NCBI GenBank assembly: GCA_040285855.1
Contig: JAUFOQ010000016.1
Coordinates: forward strand, 558,001-622,000
DNA from: Eukaryota sp. GEM-RC1
Lineage: Eukaryota
DNA: 64,000 nt
Reading direction: 5' to 3'
Shown: positions 26,964 to 41,300 of the stretch, piece by piece
Layout: every line of letters begins with the position of its first letter
How positions within the stretch are numbered: position 1 is the stretch's first letter
Translations under genes and position numbers: made by a program
Notes under the pieces: generated by a model
What the model was told of the DNA's origin: nothing
Seen by the model: only the letters and a program-made list of their open reading frames with translations
Databases searched by the model: none

Positions 26964-29900
26964 ATGTTTACTGTAACAGATCCTAATGATCATTCTGTAC
27001 CCAAAAGTCGCTCTAGTGTAACAAACCAAGAAAGCGTTCCAATAGTTGACATGTTCCATGGGCTTTCTTCTGTAGCTGTTCATCCTGATGATCAACAGAA
27101 AGGTAGACCAAGCTCCCAGAATACATCCCCAAAAGCCAGACGAGAGAAACGAGAGAAACCACCGAATGATGCTAAAGCTCCTGATCTTTGCAGAACTGAA
27201 GCAAGGTCCCAGAATACATCTCCCGGAGCCAAACAGAATGCCACGGGAGAAACTACGGAGTGATCCTAAAACTATTGAAGCTGCGAGGGAACCAAATTCT
27301 CATAGTTCATCCCCAACATCTAGGAGAGAGACTAATTCTTGGAGAGGTGAGCCAAAAAGCCCTCGAAGGAAACCTTCTCCTCGTTCTAGATCTCCTCGCT
27401 ATGAAAATACTTCAATTGTTCCTCTATATGACTTGGAGAAAATCAAAGAGCTTTTAACTGATCCTAATTCTGCTCAAGACTATACTCTCGCTCGCGTCCA
27501 TGTTCCTAGAACTGGTTATACAATCTATGGGGTCCCTATTGATAAAGAACGCGCCTCCCTTCTTCTTGACATTCCTGTTGAATCCTTGTGCTATCTCATA
27601 CCTGAACGTGATATCATCTATGATACTTCTTCATGCCGTAACACTGCTCTTAAAGGCGACATTACCCTTACTAAGTTGATGCCAAAAGACAGATGGATTT
27701 CTAAAAGGTCTCCTTCAACTAAAAGAAACGACGACGATTCCACACCATCTTCGTTTATGCAAGCTACTGGTAAAGTTGTTGGTTTGGTCTCTATCAAGAA
27801 TTCCAAATTCATTTGCAAGTATCAACCTCCCCGGAAAAACTCTCCATCCCCATCATCTTGCTTCGTTCCACTTGAGAAGTCTGTACCTTCAATCTCCGTG
27901 CCCAACACTTCATCCTTTGAACTGGTTAAGAATCATCTCTATATCGTTTCAATCTCTCATTGGATTACTACCATCAATCCAGTTGGTAAAATTGAGGAAC
28001 ATTTAGGTGATGGAAAAGACACCATCACTGGTTCAAAAGTTGTTTTATTCAACCATGGAGTTGATGATACTGAGTTTGATGACGTGATCGTTGATGACGT
28101 GACCAAATCAATCCAAGCTATTCAAAAGCAACCACGTAGTGCTGATCGACTTGATTGCAGTCACTTACGAGTGGTTTCCATAGACCCTGTCACTGCTAAG
28201 GATTTAGATGATGCCTTGTCAGTGGAATTACTTGACAATGATACTGCTAGAGTTGGTATTCACATTGCTGACGTTACCCATTACCTAGCCCCTGGAGTCA
28301 GCCATGGATAATATTGCTAAATTGAGAACTAGCTCTGTATATCTTCCTGATAGAGTTGTTAAGATGCTACCAGATATTCTATCTGAAATGGTTTGTTCAC
28401 TGGAAAAGATGAAAAGAATGCTTTTTCGGTATTCGTTGATATTGAAATAGTCACAGGTAAAGCTCTTTCTTTTAAGTTTACCAAAACCTTTATTCAGCCC
28501 AGTGCTCGTTTAGCTTATGGAGATTGCCAACGTATTCTGGTCAAGAAGGGTCTTGTTGATTATGAGCCTCCGGAACATGATTGTCTGCCATCTGGTATGG
28601 AGATTGTCAATCAAAATATCACTGAGGAACAGATTGAAGAAGATGTTGCGCTCTTGTATACAATCTCCAAGGAGTTATCTCTTAATCGTAAAGAGAATGG
28701 AGCTGTTGGATTTTCAAAGAAGAAGATGCGAATGAGAGTTGACAGAGAAACTTTTGAAGCAATTGAACCTATTGTTCTACAACAATACGAAGCCAACAAT
28801 CTAGTGGAAGAATTTATGCTTCTTGCAAATGCTTCCGTCTCTAAATTCCTCTCTTCAAATCTCCCCTGGTCCCTTGGTCGTTGTCACGAATGTCCAAGTG
28901 AGATGAAGCTAGATGTTATTAGGAATTGGCTTCAACTACTAGGAACTGAAGGAGATTTCTCTGATTCCAAGTCTTTTGGTCAAACAATGTTGACTGTGGC
29001 TCAAGCTTATAAGGATGGAAACTTGGCTTTGAGTAACAGAATTCCACCAGAATTATTTGAAGATATTTTCCAAATCATGAGTACTAAAACTATGAATAGT
29101 GCAAAGTACATTTTGGTTCCTTCTCTTTCAGATCGCACCAGTACTGATGAGTTCACTCATTATGGCCTTTCAATGCCCTTTTACACTCATTTCACTTCCC
29201 CAATCAGACGTTATCCTGACGTGATTGTTCATCGACAGTTGTCAGCCGCAATCGAAATTGATAAAAGGAAAACTGCAGGAGAGGAGCTCAGTGATGACGA
29301 TATTCAATCAGTTCTGATTAAATACGGTGTACCTAAGAAAGGTGAACTTTCTTCGATTGTTTCGCATTGCAATCAGAGGAATTTTGAAGCTAGAAAAGCT
29401 GATGACGATTCATATCTATTATGGCTTGGAAATTTCATCAAGGAGAGGTTAAACGGAGGTGTGTATGCTGATGCTTATGTTATTAGTATATCTCGAAATT
29501 TTTCGATATCTACATTCCTGATTTTACCTTGGACACACGTGTTGATTCTGGAGTTGTCAACTTCCCGCACGTGTTTGAGCTTGTTGATGACGAATCTATT
29601 CCGGTAATGAAGATTAGAGTTAACAAAGACTCAAATTCTGATAGTTCTTTCAGAAAGCAGTATTCATTCAACAATCCAGTTTCAAAGTCTTCAAATCCTA
29701 AATGCACAGTTTTTGACTGGAATATCACGTTGTTTTCCAAACTTAAAGTTCTCATTAAGCCTCATCCCACTGAAATAGCGCAGTTAGAGTATATTATTGA
29801 TGGGTGTGAAGGTGAGGTGCCCATTGAATTGAAGAGTGGTGGCGAGACTAGCCCAGTTGTTAGTGAAAAGAAGGACAATGTGGTGGAAGGATTTGAGGAG

Positions 29901-30044
29901 ATGGGTGTGTCGCTCTCTAAAGTAGAAGAAACTGATGTGTTAGATCAAGATCACAAAGATGCAAAAGAGTTAGTTGATGACTCTCAAGTCAGTGATACTG
30001 ATTCAGAAGAGTACTTTGTTCTTTTGGGTCCGCCTAGAGTTTAG
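26964..30044 (+). CDS. DIS3L2: RNase II/RNB-family exoribonuclease, DIS3L2-like; several frameshifts; start uncertain
   Basis: SIDPVTAKDLDDAL, VGIHIADV, LVEEFMLLAN, HYGL..PFYTHFTSPIRRYPDVIVHR; no PIN domain seen. Confidence 0.85.
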
Positions 30045-30729
30045 ATCCTAACTGGTAGTGTATGTGTTTTGTACTGTACAATGTAAATGTATTTAACGAC
30101 GCAATTTTTTTAAATATCACATCTATAATTTGAATAGTCTGACACGTGTTCATGTTTTTCACTATAACTCCTGATAAATATATTTGTTGGGCTGAACTAC
30201 ATATTTGTCTGGAACAAATTGCAATATTCCGAAATCAAGCATACACTGGGATATCTTCCACTTTAAAACATATACTTTTTTCATAGTGATATATGGAAAC
30301 TTATACATGTATCATCCTCGTATATCAACTATACACGAAATTGAAAGCGAAAAAGGTTATACAAAATGGATGAAAAACTGACCGTAAACAATCATTGGAA
30401 TCGCCTTTCAACAATCTTTCAAGTTGTATACTTGTCTTTATGATCACTATTCCAATCAAATATGATGCTGGACATTCTCGAGGTGTAATACAGCACCGTG
30501 GTCTACTGAAAGCAAAATTGAATTGATTGTTGCATTAGCCAGGTAGAAATGTGATGCAAAACCACACAGAACATTGCTCCGCTTCTACAGGCACAGCAAA
30601 ATACACATAAACTGGATTCGACTGTAAGGATACAAATCTCGGGAAATCTTGTCTGTGTTTGACATACATGTTGACATTTGGCAAATAGCAGATCGTAGTC
30701 CCGTTTTGAGTTGTCACATTCTTCTCCTA

Positions 30730-32694
30730 ATGGTCTCCTTCTCCATTAGGAGACGGGCTAACTCAAGAGTGTGAGACCTCTTTTAGACAAAATTGATTAT
30801 GTACGGGGTCTTCTTCAGGATGACAACGTTTCAGACATCAACTTGCCCTCCATTGTTGTTATAGGGGATCAGGTTCGTCATCATTCTGCTCTGATTGTAG
30901 TCCGCTGATAAATCCTCTGTTGTGGAAGCTCTTTGTGAACTGAAATTACCGAAAGCCTCTGGATGTTGCACACGACTGCCCACTGAAGTACGATTGTGTG
31001 ATGGTAAAACAAATGACCCAAAGATCACTGTTTCCTCCAAAAAACGAAAGAAAACTCGAGTCTCATTGTCAATGCTTGGCCAAGTCATCACAGAAATAAC
31101 CAATGAAATAGCCGGCGACGAAAAAAACATTGTTGACAGTCCCATCTGTATTGAAATACGTAAGAAGGGTTTGTACGATCTGACTATCATCGACCTTCCT
31201 GGAATTACCAGAAATCCCATCAGAGGACAACCACATGACATCTATGACAGGATTAAAGCCATGTACAAGAAGTACATCTTACCAGTAAGTAAAAAGGCAT
31301 TTTAAATGCTAATTCAAGGAAGAAACCATTATACTAGTAGCAAATGTGCACCCTGCTACTGCTGACATCGCCACTTCTGAGTCCATCCGTCTTTCACGAC
31401 AAGTTGATCCCGAAGGCCTCCGTACCATCGGGATATTCTCACAGTGTGATTTGGGGCAAAAAATATTGCCCCATTGATAACTGGTGAGTCTCCCGATGCA
31501 ATTCAACTCCTTTTGGGATACTGTGCTGTTGTCAATCCTGCGGATAGTAGCGATATTGACTTTGCTTCAGCCCGTGACAATGAAGCACGATTCTTCTCCA
31601 CTCATCCTCAATTGAAAAAGCTTGGCCCCAACGTACTCGGAGTCCCTGCATTGGCAAAGAAACTGGTAGAGGTACAAAACCAACGTGTTGCCCACACTTT
31701 TCCATCAATTAAAGCCAAGATTAGAGAAGAGTTATCTGCAGTTAAGAAAGAACTAGAATCTCTTCCTCAAGCTCGATCAGATCCAAGTGATGCTTACAAC
31801 TATTTTCTTGAGTCCATTCACAAAGCTGCAAGAATCTTCGAACAATGTACTGAGTACGAATCCGCTTCAAAGACACTTAACATTAAGTCAAGATTTCATG
31901 AGTTCTTTGAAGAATGTTTTGAAAGTCTTCGCAAATTTAAAAAAGTGTTTAGAACTCCAAAATTTCGAAAATACATTGAGGATCATATGAAGGAAAATGT
32001 TGGTCATCGTCTGTCCAACTTTTTGTCCAGTACTACCTTTAATGTAATGTTCAGGAAGAATTTCCAAGCTCAATACTCTAAAGCATTTGAAAAAGTCATT
32101 GATTCATGTTCTGATGTTGCTCAAAAGGTAATGAACCACTGTTGGGACCTAGCACTAAAGAACAACAAGAATGCTTGTAATCTATTGAAAGATGTTGGAG
32201 TGGAACTTGTTGAAGAAATGACGGAAGAAGTTCAGTATTATTGTAAGGAACTTCAATCAGCTGAGCTCTATCAACCTTACACTGTTAACCACTACTATAG
32301 TGATACTTTGGACAGTATTGAGGAAGAGTTGACACCTGAAGAAAGTAAAGAGGTTCCTGAAACCTGTTCTAATGACGAATCTTCTGACGATGATTCAGTT
32401 GCCTCGTCTAGCCTTCATTTGGAAAGAGTGAATACTGTCATCAAGTACTCTAGTTCTTTAGAAGCTTATTGGAAAACCGTTCTCAAATCTTTCACTGATT
32501 CAATGTTTAAGTACATTCGGTACTGCTTCCTTCAAAAACTGTCGAAATTGATCAGCGCTGCTCCATTGGAAAAGTTAGAGTATGAAGAAATTGTGGCGAA
32601 TTTCAAGGATGATAATGAACTGGAAATGAAACGTCGAAATCTAACTTCCAGATATGATAAGTTAGCAGAAATTTGTCAAGTATTTTCCAAATAG
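30730..32694 (+). CDS. Mx-like dynamin-superfamily protein with altered G1/G4 motifs; introns 30873-30900 and 31285-31318; frameshifts; possibly a pseudogene
   Basis: VRPLLDKID...LPSIVVIGDQ|SADKSS, CTRLP, DLTIIDLPG, DIATSE...VDPEGLRTIG, TVNHYY. Confidence 0.85.
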
Positions 32695-33634
32695 TTAGTT
32701 TTAGATTTGCTTCTTAAACGTCTCTCACTCGTATTTTTATTATATGTCCAATGTAATTTCAATCATTGACTAACTTCACAATGCAAATTTCAACACTAAT
32801 ATTCCATCAATTCTGTAAAATATGCTTTTTAAAGTTCAAGACTTGAACTTCTTCAGCTGAACGGATTTGTGTTCCCAAAGGCGGGAAGATATAGAGATGA
32901 TACTGTATTAAGATTTTTGAAGTATTTTGCCTATAAGAATCAAATGAATAATATATCTCGAAGCCGTTAATGAATGCAAACCAAGTGAAGATCTTATCTT
33001 TCAAATCATAGTACATGTAGATGTCAAATTCAAGTCGTTTATAACTTGACCTATTATCAACAAAAGAATGACATTATTATTGAAAAATCACACATGTACA
33101 TAAAAAGCAATCTGCTGTAAAATGACTCCTGCTGTTGGTACAATGCATTGGTTTTGTCTCAGCAGAGTTGTTTAACAAATAGAGCTGAGCTATTCACTTA
33201 CTCATGTTAGAGAAGCTCAATCTAAAAGTTCAAGGTTACATAAAGTGGAATCCAACAAACTTGAAACTATAAATGCTTTAAATTAAGTCAATAATGTACA
33301 TCCGAAAGAAATCTTTAAGATATAAAAAGGCAGTAACTAATTTCAATTAATTTCAATGCAGTGAACTTAGTTACTCCCTTTTCATCAATCAAATAGTAGT
33401 ATCAATCACTACTATCACGTGACAACCGTATATTCGAACAACAATTGATTGTTATACTACTGAGTATGAAAGAACATTTATAAGCAATAGAAAATTAGCT
33501 CAAGATTTAGTTCACAAGAGCAATGGTCTGAACAATTTAATGTTCTAAATATGCATATCATATTTGAAGTAAGTGTTAGTGGAATCATAAGCAGTTTCAT
33601 CAGATTTGATCAGAAATAGAAACAAGACTCAAAG

Positions 33635-36417
33635 TCATTGTCGTCTTCCTGGATGTTTGGTATGTGATGGTAGATATCTTCTCTCAAACTCAAGTGAATA
33701 TTTTTGATGATTTAATAATTTGTTGATCTGCTTCTGACTTTCTTGGAATTTCAAAGAATTATCTGCAACTTGAGCTTGTAATAGCTTCACTGATTCCTCT
33801 AGTCTAGTAGTTAGTTTTTTCTGTGAATCTAACTCCTGTTCCAATGAAGAAATCTTGACTTGTTGAAAATTTGAAATTATTGGAAGATTTTCAACATAAA
33901 AATCATTTAGAAATTCGGACAACTCTGCATCATTTTGGAAGATTTGTAAAATATCAATAAATTTAACTGGATCAGACAATGATAAGTCAAATGATTTGAT
34001 ACAACCTTGAAACTCATCAACTGTCCAGTGATTGAACTGATTGCTTTGATAGCTATTAACCAATTGCTCTAAAGCCAAAGACTGTAGGTTTGATTTAATT
34101 CTGTGGCAAGAAGCTGAAAAGTCTTTGGGGATAGCTGGGAAAAATCATTTGGACAAACACCAATCTCAGGAAATACTTTAGTAAACATTTGAACCAATAA
34201 AGTTAATTCATTTAGACGTTGGTTTTTGTCAAAAGCTTTAAATGTCCACAGAAACCATTCGCGAGGTATAGACTCAATAGAACTACAATCTTGAAAAAGT
34301 TTAAAAGAATAATTCATCATGACTAATTCGAAAGACTGATTTTTAAAAAGAGGTTGTAGAATTTCAAACAACTCAGCGAGATAGTTGAATTCAATAAATG
34401 TCAAAGAATAACCGATTTCAAAAGAATCTATATCAGTTGTGGTTGCTGTTAAAACAAGACATCTCACCAGCCATTCATGATCAAACACTCTAGTGAGTGA
34501 TTTAAACAGTTCAATAGAAATAGGAATGGGGGGAAGAGTGGAAACGCCACTAAAATGCCAAATATTAACATTTGATTGAATAAAGTGAAATAATCCACGT
34601 TCATTGGCAGTTGATAGCAATTGGTGTAATTCGTCGTCAGTAAAAGATGATTGATTAAGGTAACCAAGACAAAATTGGTGAAGGCTTTCTACTTGAAAAT
34701 AGACAGATAACTGATAGAAACTTAGGACATTAGAAGGGGTTATTGAAAGCGACATACAAAGAGCAGCTTCAAAGAATTCAACAAAAACATCTTCTTCAAC
34801 ACCTGGAAACTCAATCGAATATAGAAAATTCCTAGTAGCAGAGTCTAGAAATTGGTTATTGAATAAATTTTTAAAATAGTGTGAAAAACAACTTAAAAGC
34901 AAGGAATTAATTCTGAATGTAGTTTTCTTGTAACTTAAAGACACATCTCTCACAGCCGATTTAACTAATTGAGATGTAATTACATTAGACTCGAGTTGAA
35001 ACTCACACGACTTGAAACCAGATTTTAAAATATTTTGAATAAATTCCTCCAGTTTCTGGTACTTGAGAGACAATGCAATGGTACGTAATAAATGAAAGTT
35101 ATCCTCAGTACAAGGAACAGAATCACCGTAGAAAGAGTTTAAAACAGTAATAAACAAAGAGGGATCAGGGAAAAGTTGTTCAAGGAGGACAAAAGCTTGA
35201 TGAGACGATGAGTTCATAACACTAGAAGCAAGAACATCGTTGAAGAGAGAAACAATGACTGAGTGACCTGTATAGGTTTCATCATTAAAATCAATGGTAG
35301 AATCGATCAGTTGTTGCTGGTCACGATGGTCTCTCAGGGACTGACAAAGTTGAGAGGAAGGTATTTGGACTGAACATACATTTGCGGGTCCTATACTAGA
35401 TACCAGGTCAGATCTTGCAATATGAAATGCATTGAACTGATAGAGCGGAGAGAAAGAAGACAAAGGTATTCGAATACTTTCGATTGAGCTTGATTTTGTA
35501 GCATCTTGTGTGGAAGCTACATACGAAAGCAAGAAACTCCATTGATCATCATGATCTCGTTGTAATGAGTGAGGATTGAAGAAAGCAACGGGGGCGGGGA
35601 ATGAGACATGAAGAGAGGACGTGAATCCATGATCCAAAGAGAAAGTACAAAAAATCGCAATGGTGGGAGATGCTACAAGGACAATGAAGTCAGAGTCAGA
35701 TCGTTGAAGGAGCTTGATGTAGCGCGAAGAAGAAAATGGAATATCTACTGAATCGAAAAGCACGCCATCGGCGACTTGCTGGAGTGAAAGAAGTGTGGTT
35801 GAACAATTGAGAACTAGGTTATTCGAAACTGGACTTGAACAAAGACTTGGAGCATCAGAATTGTAGATCACTTGAAGAAGATCATCTGAAAGAACGAACA
35901 GTCCGTTGGATTCTGTAGAAACAGTAACGAAAGGATGGAACAAAGAACTGGTTAAAGTTAGAATAGTGGATGGTGACCGGAAGGTGTGAAGAGGCATAAA
36001 TGCAGCTGTTACGTTTGATTCATCAATGTCAAATCGGGAGTACGCAACTACATTTGATTGGTCGTAGATATAGAATAAGGTAACACCAGTTGCGAGTTTA
36101 TGGTTAGGCTGAAGTTGTGAGGTGAAGGAACAGTGATTAAAACAGTAACCATCGACAAATTTTACCACGATTTTTTGGAGACCTCCGTTATCGTTCAGGA
36201 CTAGGCATTGTTCTTGATCGAGTGGTTGAATAGAGACAATCTCAGTGCCACCTATTTTTAAAAGCTTCTTGTGAGTTCTCGTCAATTCTGAATATATTGA
36301 AATACATATATGTGTTTCCGACAACAGCAAACCCAGAGATCGGACAGAACAGCGAGAGTGTCGGGTACAACAGGAGTCACAACTGAAATTCCTAAGGTCA
36401 AAATACACGTGTGCCAT
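33635..36417 (-). CDS. BTB/POZ-domain protein with beta-rich N-terminal region and C-terminal coiled coil; frameshift near 34080
   Basis: DVSLSYK...LLLSCFSHYFKNLF...YQLSVYFQVESL...C is BTB-like; probable start MAHVYFDL at 36417. Confidence 0.7.
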
Positions 36418-37300
36418 ACGAAATGAGCTTGTGTTGGCTCCACACCGATGTTGCGGCGTGCAGAGAGGTTTTACAGCCGGGAGCACCTTCATGTGTCTCA
36501 AATTAACATGACCGTTTTATACTTGTTGGTAAACAGTCAAATGACAAGCAGACCGACAACCCGATTGACAAAAATCCGTCTACAGACAATAATACGATTC
36601 ACAGATCACATTCGATCTCCTATTTGAACCCATTGACAATCAACTCTCACAGAAACTTGTCAGACACTTTCTACTTCTGATGCTTCATCTTACAACGGTT
36701 GAACCTTGTTAACAAAATTTTAGACGAAAATTACTCAGCTCTTGAATCTGCTGAAAGGAAATCAGTGGACCTTTAAGGGAAATTAATTATCAAGATGAAA
36801 TCTCGTCGACACAATGAATCCTTTTGCTATTTCTCTTTACAGAACGTTTGGCTTATCTGGACAAAAATATCGCAATCTTTCGGCAAATTGTGTAAGTCTA
36901 TAAAAAAGGAATCAATTTTAATGAAAGTTAATGGAAAGGAACGTTGTCATTTTACCTCTTTAAAGCATTGTTTAGGTATTTTGATTCGACTTTAAACCGT
37001 TTCTTTGTATTGAGACATGAAGTTGAGATGCATTAGAGGTATCGGTATTCTTCATTTGTAACTGTAATTGAAAGGTGTTTTTTAAAGCACATACATGCTG
37101 CTAGTACTTAAAGGATATCGAATGCTCTACATCTACTCTTGAACCACAATATAATTTGTCCACGATGCATCTAGATGCTCACATACTGGCATTGTAGTGT
37201 AGAATGCTGGTTAAAATGCTTTTATCACTTTTTGTACGCTTTGTTTGCATATTACGATGGGACTAAATACTTTTTATTCCCATCTTCCAACTGAAACAGA

Positions 37301-37726
37301 ATGTCCATCACTTCTTCAACTCCTCACGATCTCCCTGAAACACCCTCACTATCTTCTGCTTTTCCAATGCCTGGAGCTCCTCGTGTACAAACTTCAAAGC
37401 AGATTTCCAGGAAGGCTCTTCCCACTATTATCATGAGTGTCATGTCTCTCAAGTTTTCTAAAGGAAAAGCGAAGTCAGTCAGCATGATTGGTCTCATAAT
37501 GCAGTGCTTCTTCGCTATTCGATGCTTCAAGAGTGCTTGCCAATATAACACAGCATTTGAAACTGCTTCAGATACACCAACCAACAACGATCGACTAACT
37601 TATGTAGCTCTATATACCATAGCGATCGCTTTATATGTCTATAAGCTGGGTTCTCTCATGTTTCCTGTCGCTCCAGCTGACTGGGTTAGTCCTTCGTTAC
37701 CTACTGTTATCTTTACCTCGTCATAG
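37301..37726 (+). CDS. Hypothetical small membrane protein
   Basis: 141-aa ORF with 2-3 hydrophobic segments. Confidence 0.5.
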   Translation: MSITSSTPHDLPETPSLSSAFPMPGAPRVQTSKQISRKALPTIIMSVMSLKFSKGKAKSVSMIGLIMQCFFAIRCFKSACQYNTAFETASDTPTNNDRLTYVALYTIAIALYVYKLGSLMFPVAPADWVSPSLPTVIFTSS

Positions 37727-37729
37727 TAT

Positions 37730-38281
37730 TTATTTCATTCTTCTATACAAACATAGTTTTGAGTCAATCAAATTATAAGACAACATTACAAGATTATGAT
37801 ATTCCAGCAGCCTCCTCATGTTCTTCTTCCAATTCAGTTCATATTCTTCAACAATCTTTGGCGTTTCTCTAATAGTTAGTACACGTTCTCGATCTTCTAC
37901 AAGTTCAAACTCTTTATAAGTAGGTTCCCACAATTCCACAACTTCTTCGGTAGTTATTCCTGTAGGTACGACGTACTCATGTTCTTCTCGTGGGAAGGGA
38001 CGATATTGTTGACACTTGACACGAACAGCATCTGTGGTGGCTTCTTCACACAGTATGACTTTCTCAGGCATTGGTGGAGGTTGACGGATTCGTTTGGGGT
38101 AAAGCATACATTGAATTTTATCTTCAATTTGGAATCCTGGCATCTGGGAGGTGACATATCTTGGAGGATTCTTAGACATATGGTCTTCCCAACCAGCTGT
38201 ACTGTAACACCTTCTACTTGGCTCTTGGGAACGGGACATTTTACGAGTGGTAAGCCTGAATGTTAGAGATACCTGTTTCAA
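37730..38281 (-). CDS. Hypothetical protein
   Basis: 183-aa ORF with coding-like composition; start uncertain. Confidence 0.55.
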   Translation of the reverse strand: MKQVSLTFRLTTRKMSRSQEPSRRCYSTAGWEDHMSKNPPRYVTSQMPGFQIEDKIQCMLYPKRIRQPPPMPEKVILCEEATTDAVRVKCQQYRPFPREEHEYVVPTGITTEEVVELWEPTYKEFELVEDRERVLTIRETPKIVEEYELNWKKNMRRLLEYHNLVMLSYNLIDSKLCLYRRMK

Positions 38282-38344
38282 GATATCCCAAACACATCAT
38301 CATCAAAGAGAGATCTGACAGCACGTCAAAATCAGCCACAACAT

Positions 38345-41300
38345 TCAAGTACATGGCTCAACTTCAACTAAAACGCTGTTTACGCTAGATACAACTTCAA
38401 TCACACAATCGTCTTTCCAAACAAGATGAATACTGTCACCGCATAATACTTCCAATAGATGAACTGTTGTACACTTTGGTTTGACAAATATGCCTCTCTT
38501 TGTTATTGAAACAAAATTCCAAATTTTTACTACATTTTCATTTGCCGAGAACGTAGACAGTCTAGATCCATCATCTGAGAAGCAAAGACAAGTAACAGCT
38601 GACGTATGTATCACGTGTTTGATTGGTTTCCGTGGCCTCACATGGGATCGGTCAAAAACATGAAGCGATCCATCACGATCTCCGACCACCACAAACTGAT
38701 GGTGGTCAGAAGCTGACAGAAGAGGAAAAGCCTTGCACATGTCATCAAAGAAGGAGCTAATACGACGAGTACACATTGGGAAAACTATAGGATCTAGAGA
38801 TCTTAACAATTCAACAAGACTTTTGACGAATTCCACTAGTCGTGATTGGAGCCAAAGTCTGTTGATTGTAATCATGTTAGTCAGGATCTTTATGATTACC
38901 ATGATTGAGGTGGTCTTTTCGGTATTACAGTCCTCATCAATCAATTTTGATATTCTTTCAAAAGTGATTTGACAAAAAGTATGGAAGTTGTAAGAATAAG
39001 TACCTCCAAAACAAGTAAAAACTCTCATACAAGCGTCTTCTTGTGGTTTTGTCATATTATCCGAGTAATTTACCAATAAATTAAAATAAACAGAAAAACA
39101 GTGTGTAACTAAATTAGGATCTGAAAGAAACACGGAAGGAAACAGAACTAAAACATCAGCCAGAAGGAGAAGTTCTAGAAAATGTTCACAATTTAAATAT
39201 TTGGCAATTAATGAATGAATAAAACTTAAATGAGTGCTTGAATCCACACCAATACTTTTATCAGTAAAAGATAAAAGATATAGAGAAACAATCAGACCCA
39301 AGAAGACTTCCCTTGACTGTGGATGAGGACGATCAGTAAACGTGATCCATGAATCAAGAACTGATTGATAGAGATCAGACTTTCCTGTATTGGAAAGATG
39401 TGGCACGACAGAATCCATGAGTAATCCGCTGGATCTTTTAATGTATTCGCAATTGTTTTGACAAAAGAAAGCTAGTAAAGCCATTGGTGGACAATTAGCA
39501 AGGTCTAGGTTTTGAGCTAGAGTAGCAAAACAAAAGTTGTCCTCTGACAGTGAAACAACATTCATGGCGATATCTAATTGCATCATAGACAATAAACAAA
39601 AAGTAACAATGCTGTTATGAAGGGAAAAGAAAGGGAAAAATACATTAGGAGCATGTTTAACTGATGGAAAGGACACTAAGTGCTGCTGAACAGTTAGTGT
39701 AGAAGTCAATGGAAATTGAGTTGTGTAAGCAAATGAAGTTTGGGAAGAGAAGAGATGTCGAAAGAGTGGCTGGGGAGAGATGGAAAGTTTTTCAAAGGAA
39801 GAGAACAAAGGAAGGACGTTGGTAGAGAGTAGCTGACCAAAGGAGGATTGGTTGTTACAATAGAGAGTTGATATATTGAAAATGTTGTCGTTGGTAGTTG
39901 GGGTAGTAATAGTGGAAGAACTTTGCTCCTGAATATTTAAAATATTGAAATCTTGGTCAAAGATACAGCGAGATTTGTTACCTTTCGAGTAACAGATGGA
40001 ACAAAGAGTTTTGCAGACTGAATCAAAGTAAAACAGTAAGAAATCATTTTCAGAGAGCTCAAAATGAGATGCATTTGATGGTATATTAGAAATAATAGCC
40101 CCCAAAGGACTTATTTCAAATGAAGAAATTTCAAAAAACAGTGCAAAAAAGGAATTATAGAGACAAAAATGAGAATCACCCAAACAATTGAGTTTTACTT
40201 CTGCTGGATTGATCCCAGTCAATCCAATGACGTCAACAATCAAATCCGGTGAGATCACATCATCATCAAGAGGAATTTGCATTAAAGACAAACTATCATC
40301 AATTAACAACACCATAAATTTCCCACACAAAACTGACTTCAAGTTCTCAAGCTTCTCACCAGGAAAAACTTCCTCCAAAGGGAATCGAACCGTAGACCCT
40401 TCATTGAAGTTGGAAATCGACAAAACTCCATCCATGATCTTCCAACATTTCAATGATTCCGCTGTAACTGAAAGAACTTCATTCGAGGGATGAAGGTCGA
40501 CTGATTCCCAAGAGAATTGAACAAATTGAATGTTTCCTTGGGTATTTAAAAATAAGAACTCAAAAACATCATCAAAAGTCCAAATACTGGTATTGTTCAA
40601 AGCGAAACCATTCGAAATGAAAGAATTTAGAATTTTTAAACTTTCAAATGATGATGAATATTTTATCTCTAAAGAGCTCAATTCAGTTGATCTAGCTGAT
40701 GAAGGACACTCGGAAGAAGGTGCTGGAAAAGCGAAATCAAAATCATCTTCAGATTTGGCAGGTGTGATCTCCATTATGTCAGTCAGAAATTTGGAAAACT
40801 TCGATAAACAGTCAGCAGAATGTTGTAAATACATCATTTTAGTATAAACAGGAGGATTTAGATCATCAGAATCAATCCCTATATTTAAAATATTTAGAAA
40901 TTTCAGATCAAACGTGAAAATATGACTGTCAATCCAAGCTAAAGCGACAGTTAAGACAGAATTCAAACGAATTCCAAAGCTCAAAAATGACACGTCATTA
41001 GGAGTTGACTCTGGAAATAGTTTAACTGAAGAAACAATCTCAAAAGTCTGCACATTTAAAACGATAAAACTCGAACTCATCAACATTAGATAATATTGTG
41101 ATCCTAACTTTTTCCCAAAAAGGAAAGAGTCAGAATCCAACAACGAACAGTCGATAGGTCTAGGAAAGTTGTATTTTTCAGATAATAGAAATAAATCAGT
41201 GGTTGAAGCATCTCGAACTAACAAAGAAGAAGAAGAAAACTCAGAACAAAAATCACAAGAAAACTCAAGATTCTGTAAGGACTTCACTACTTCCAGTGTC

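Noticed and set aside
27110..27280. Imperfect duplication of about 95 bp in the DIS3L2 5' region
   Set aside because: Ordinary low-complexity repeat in a disordered N-terminus
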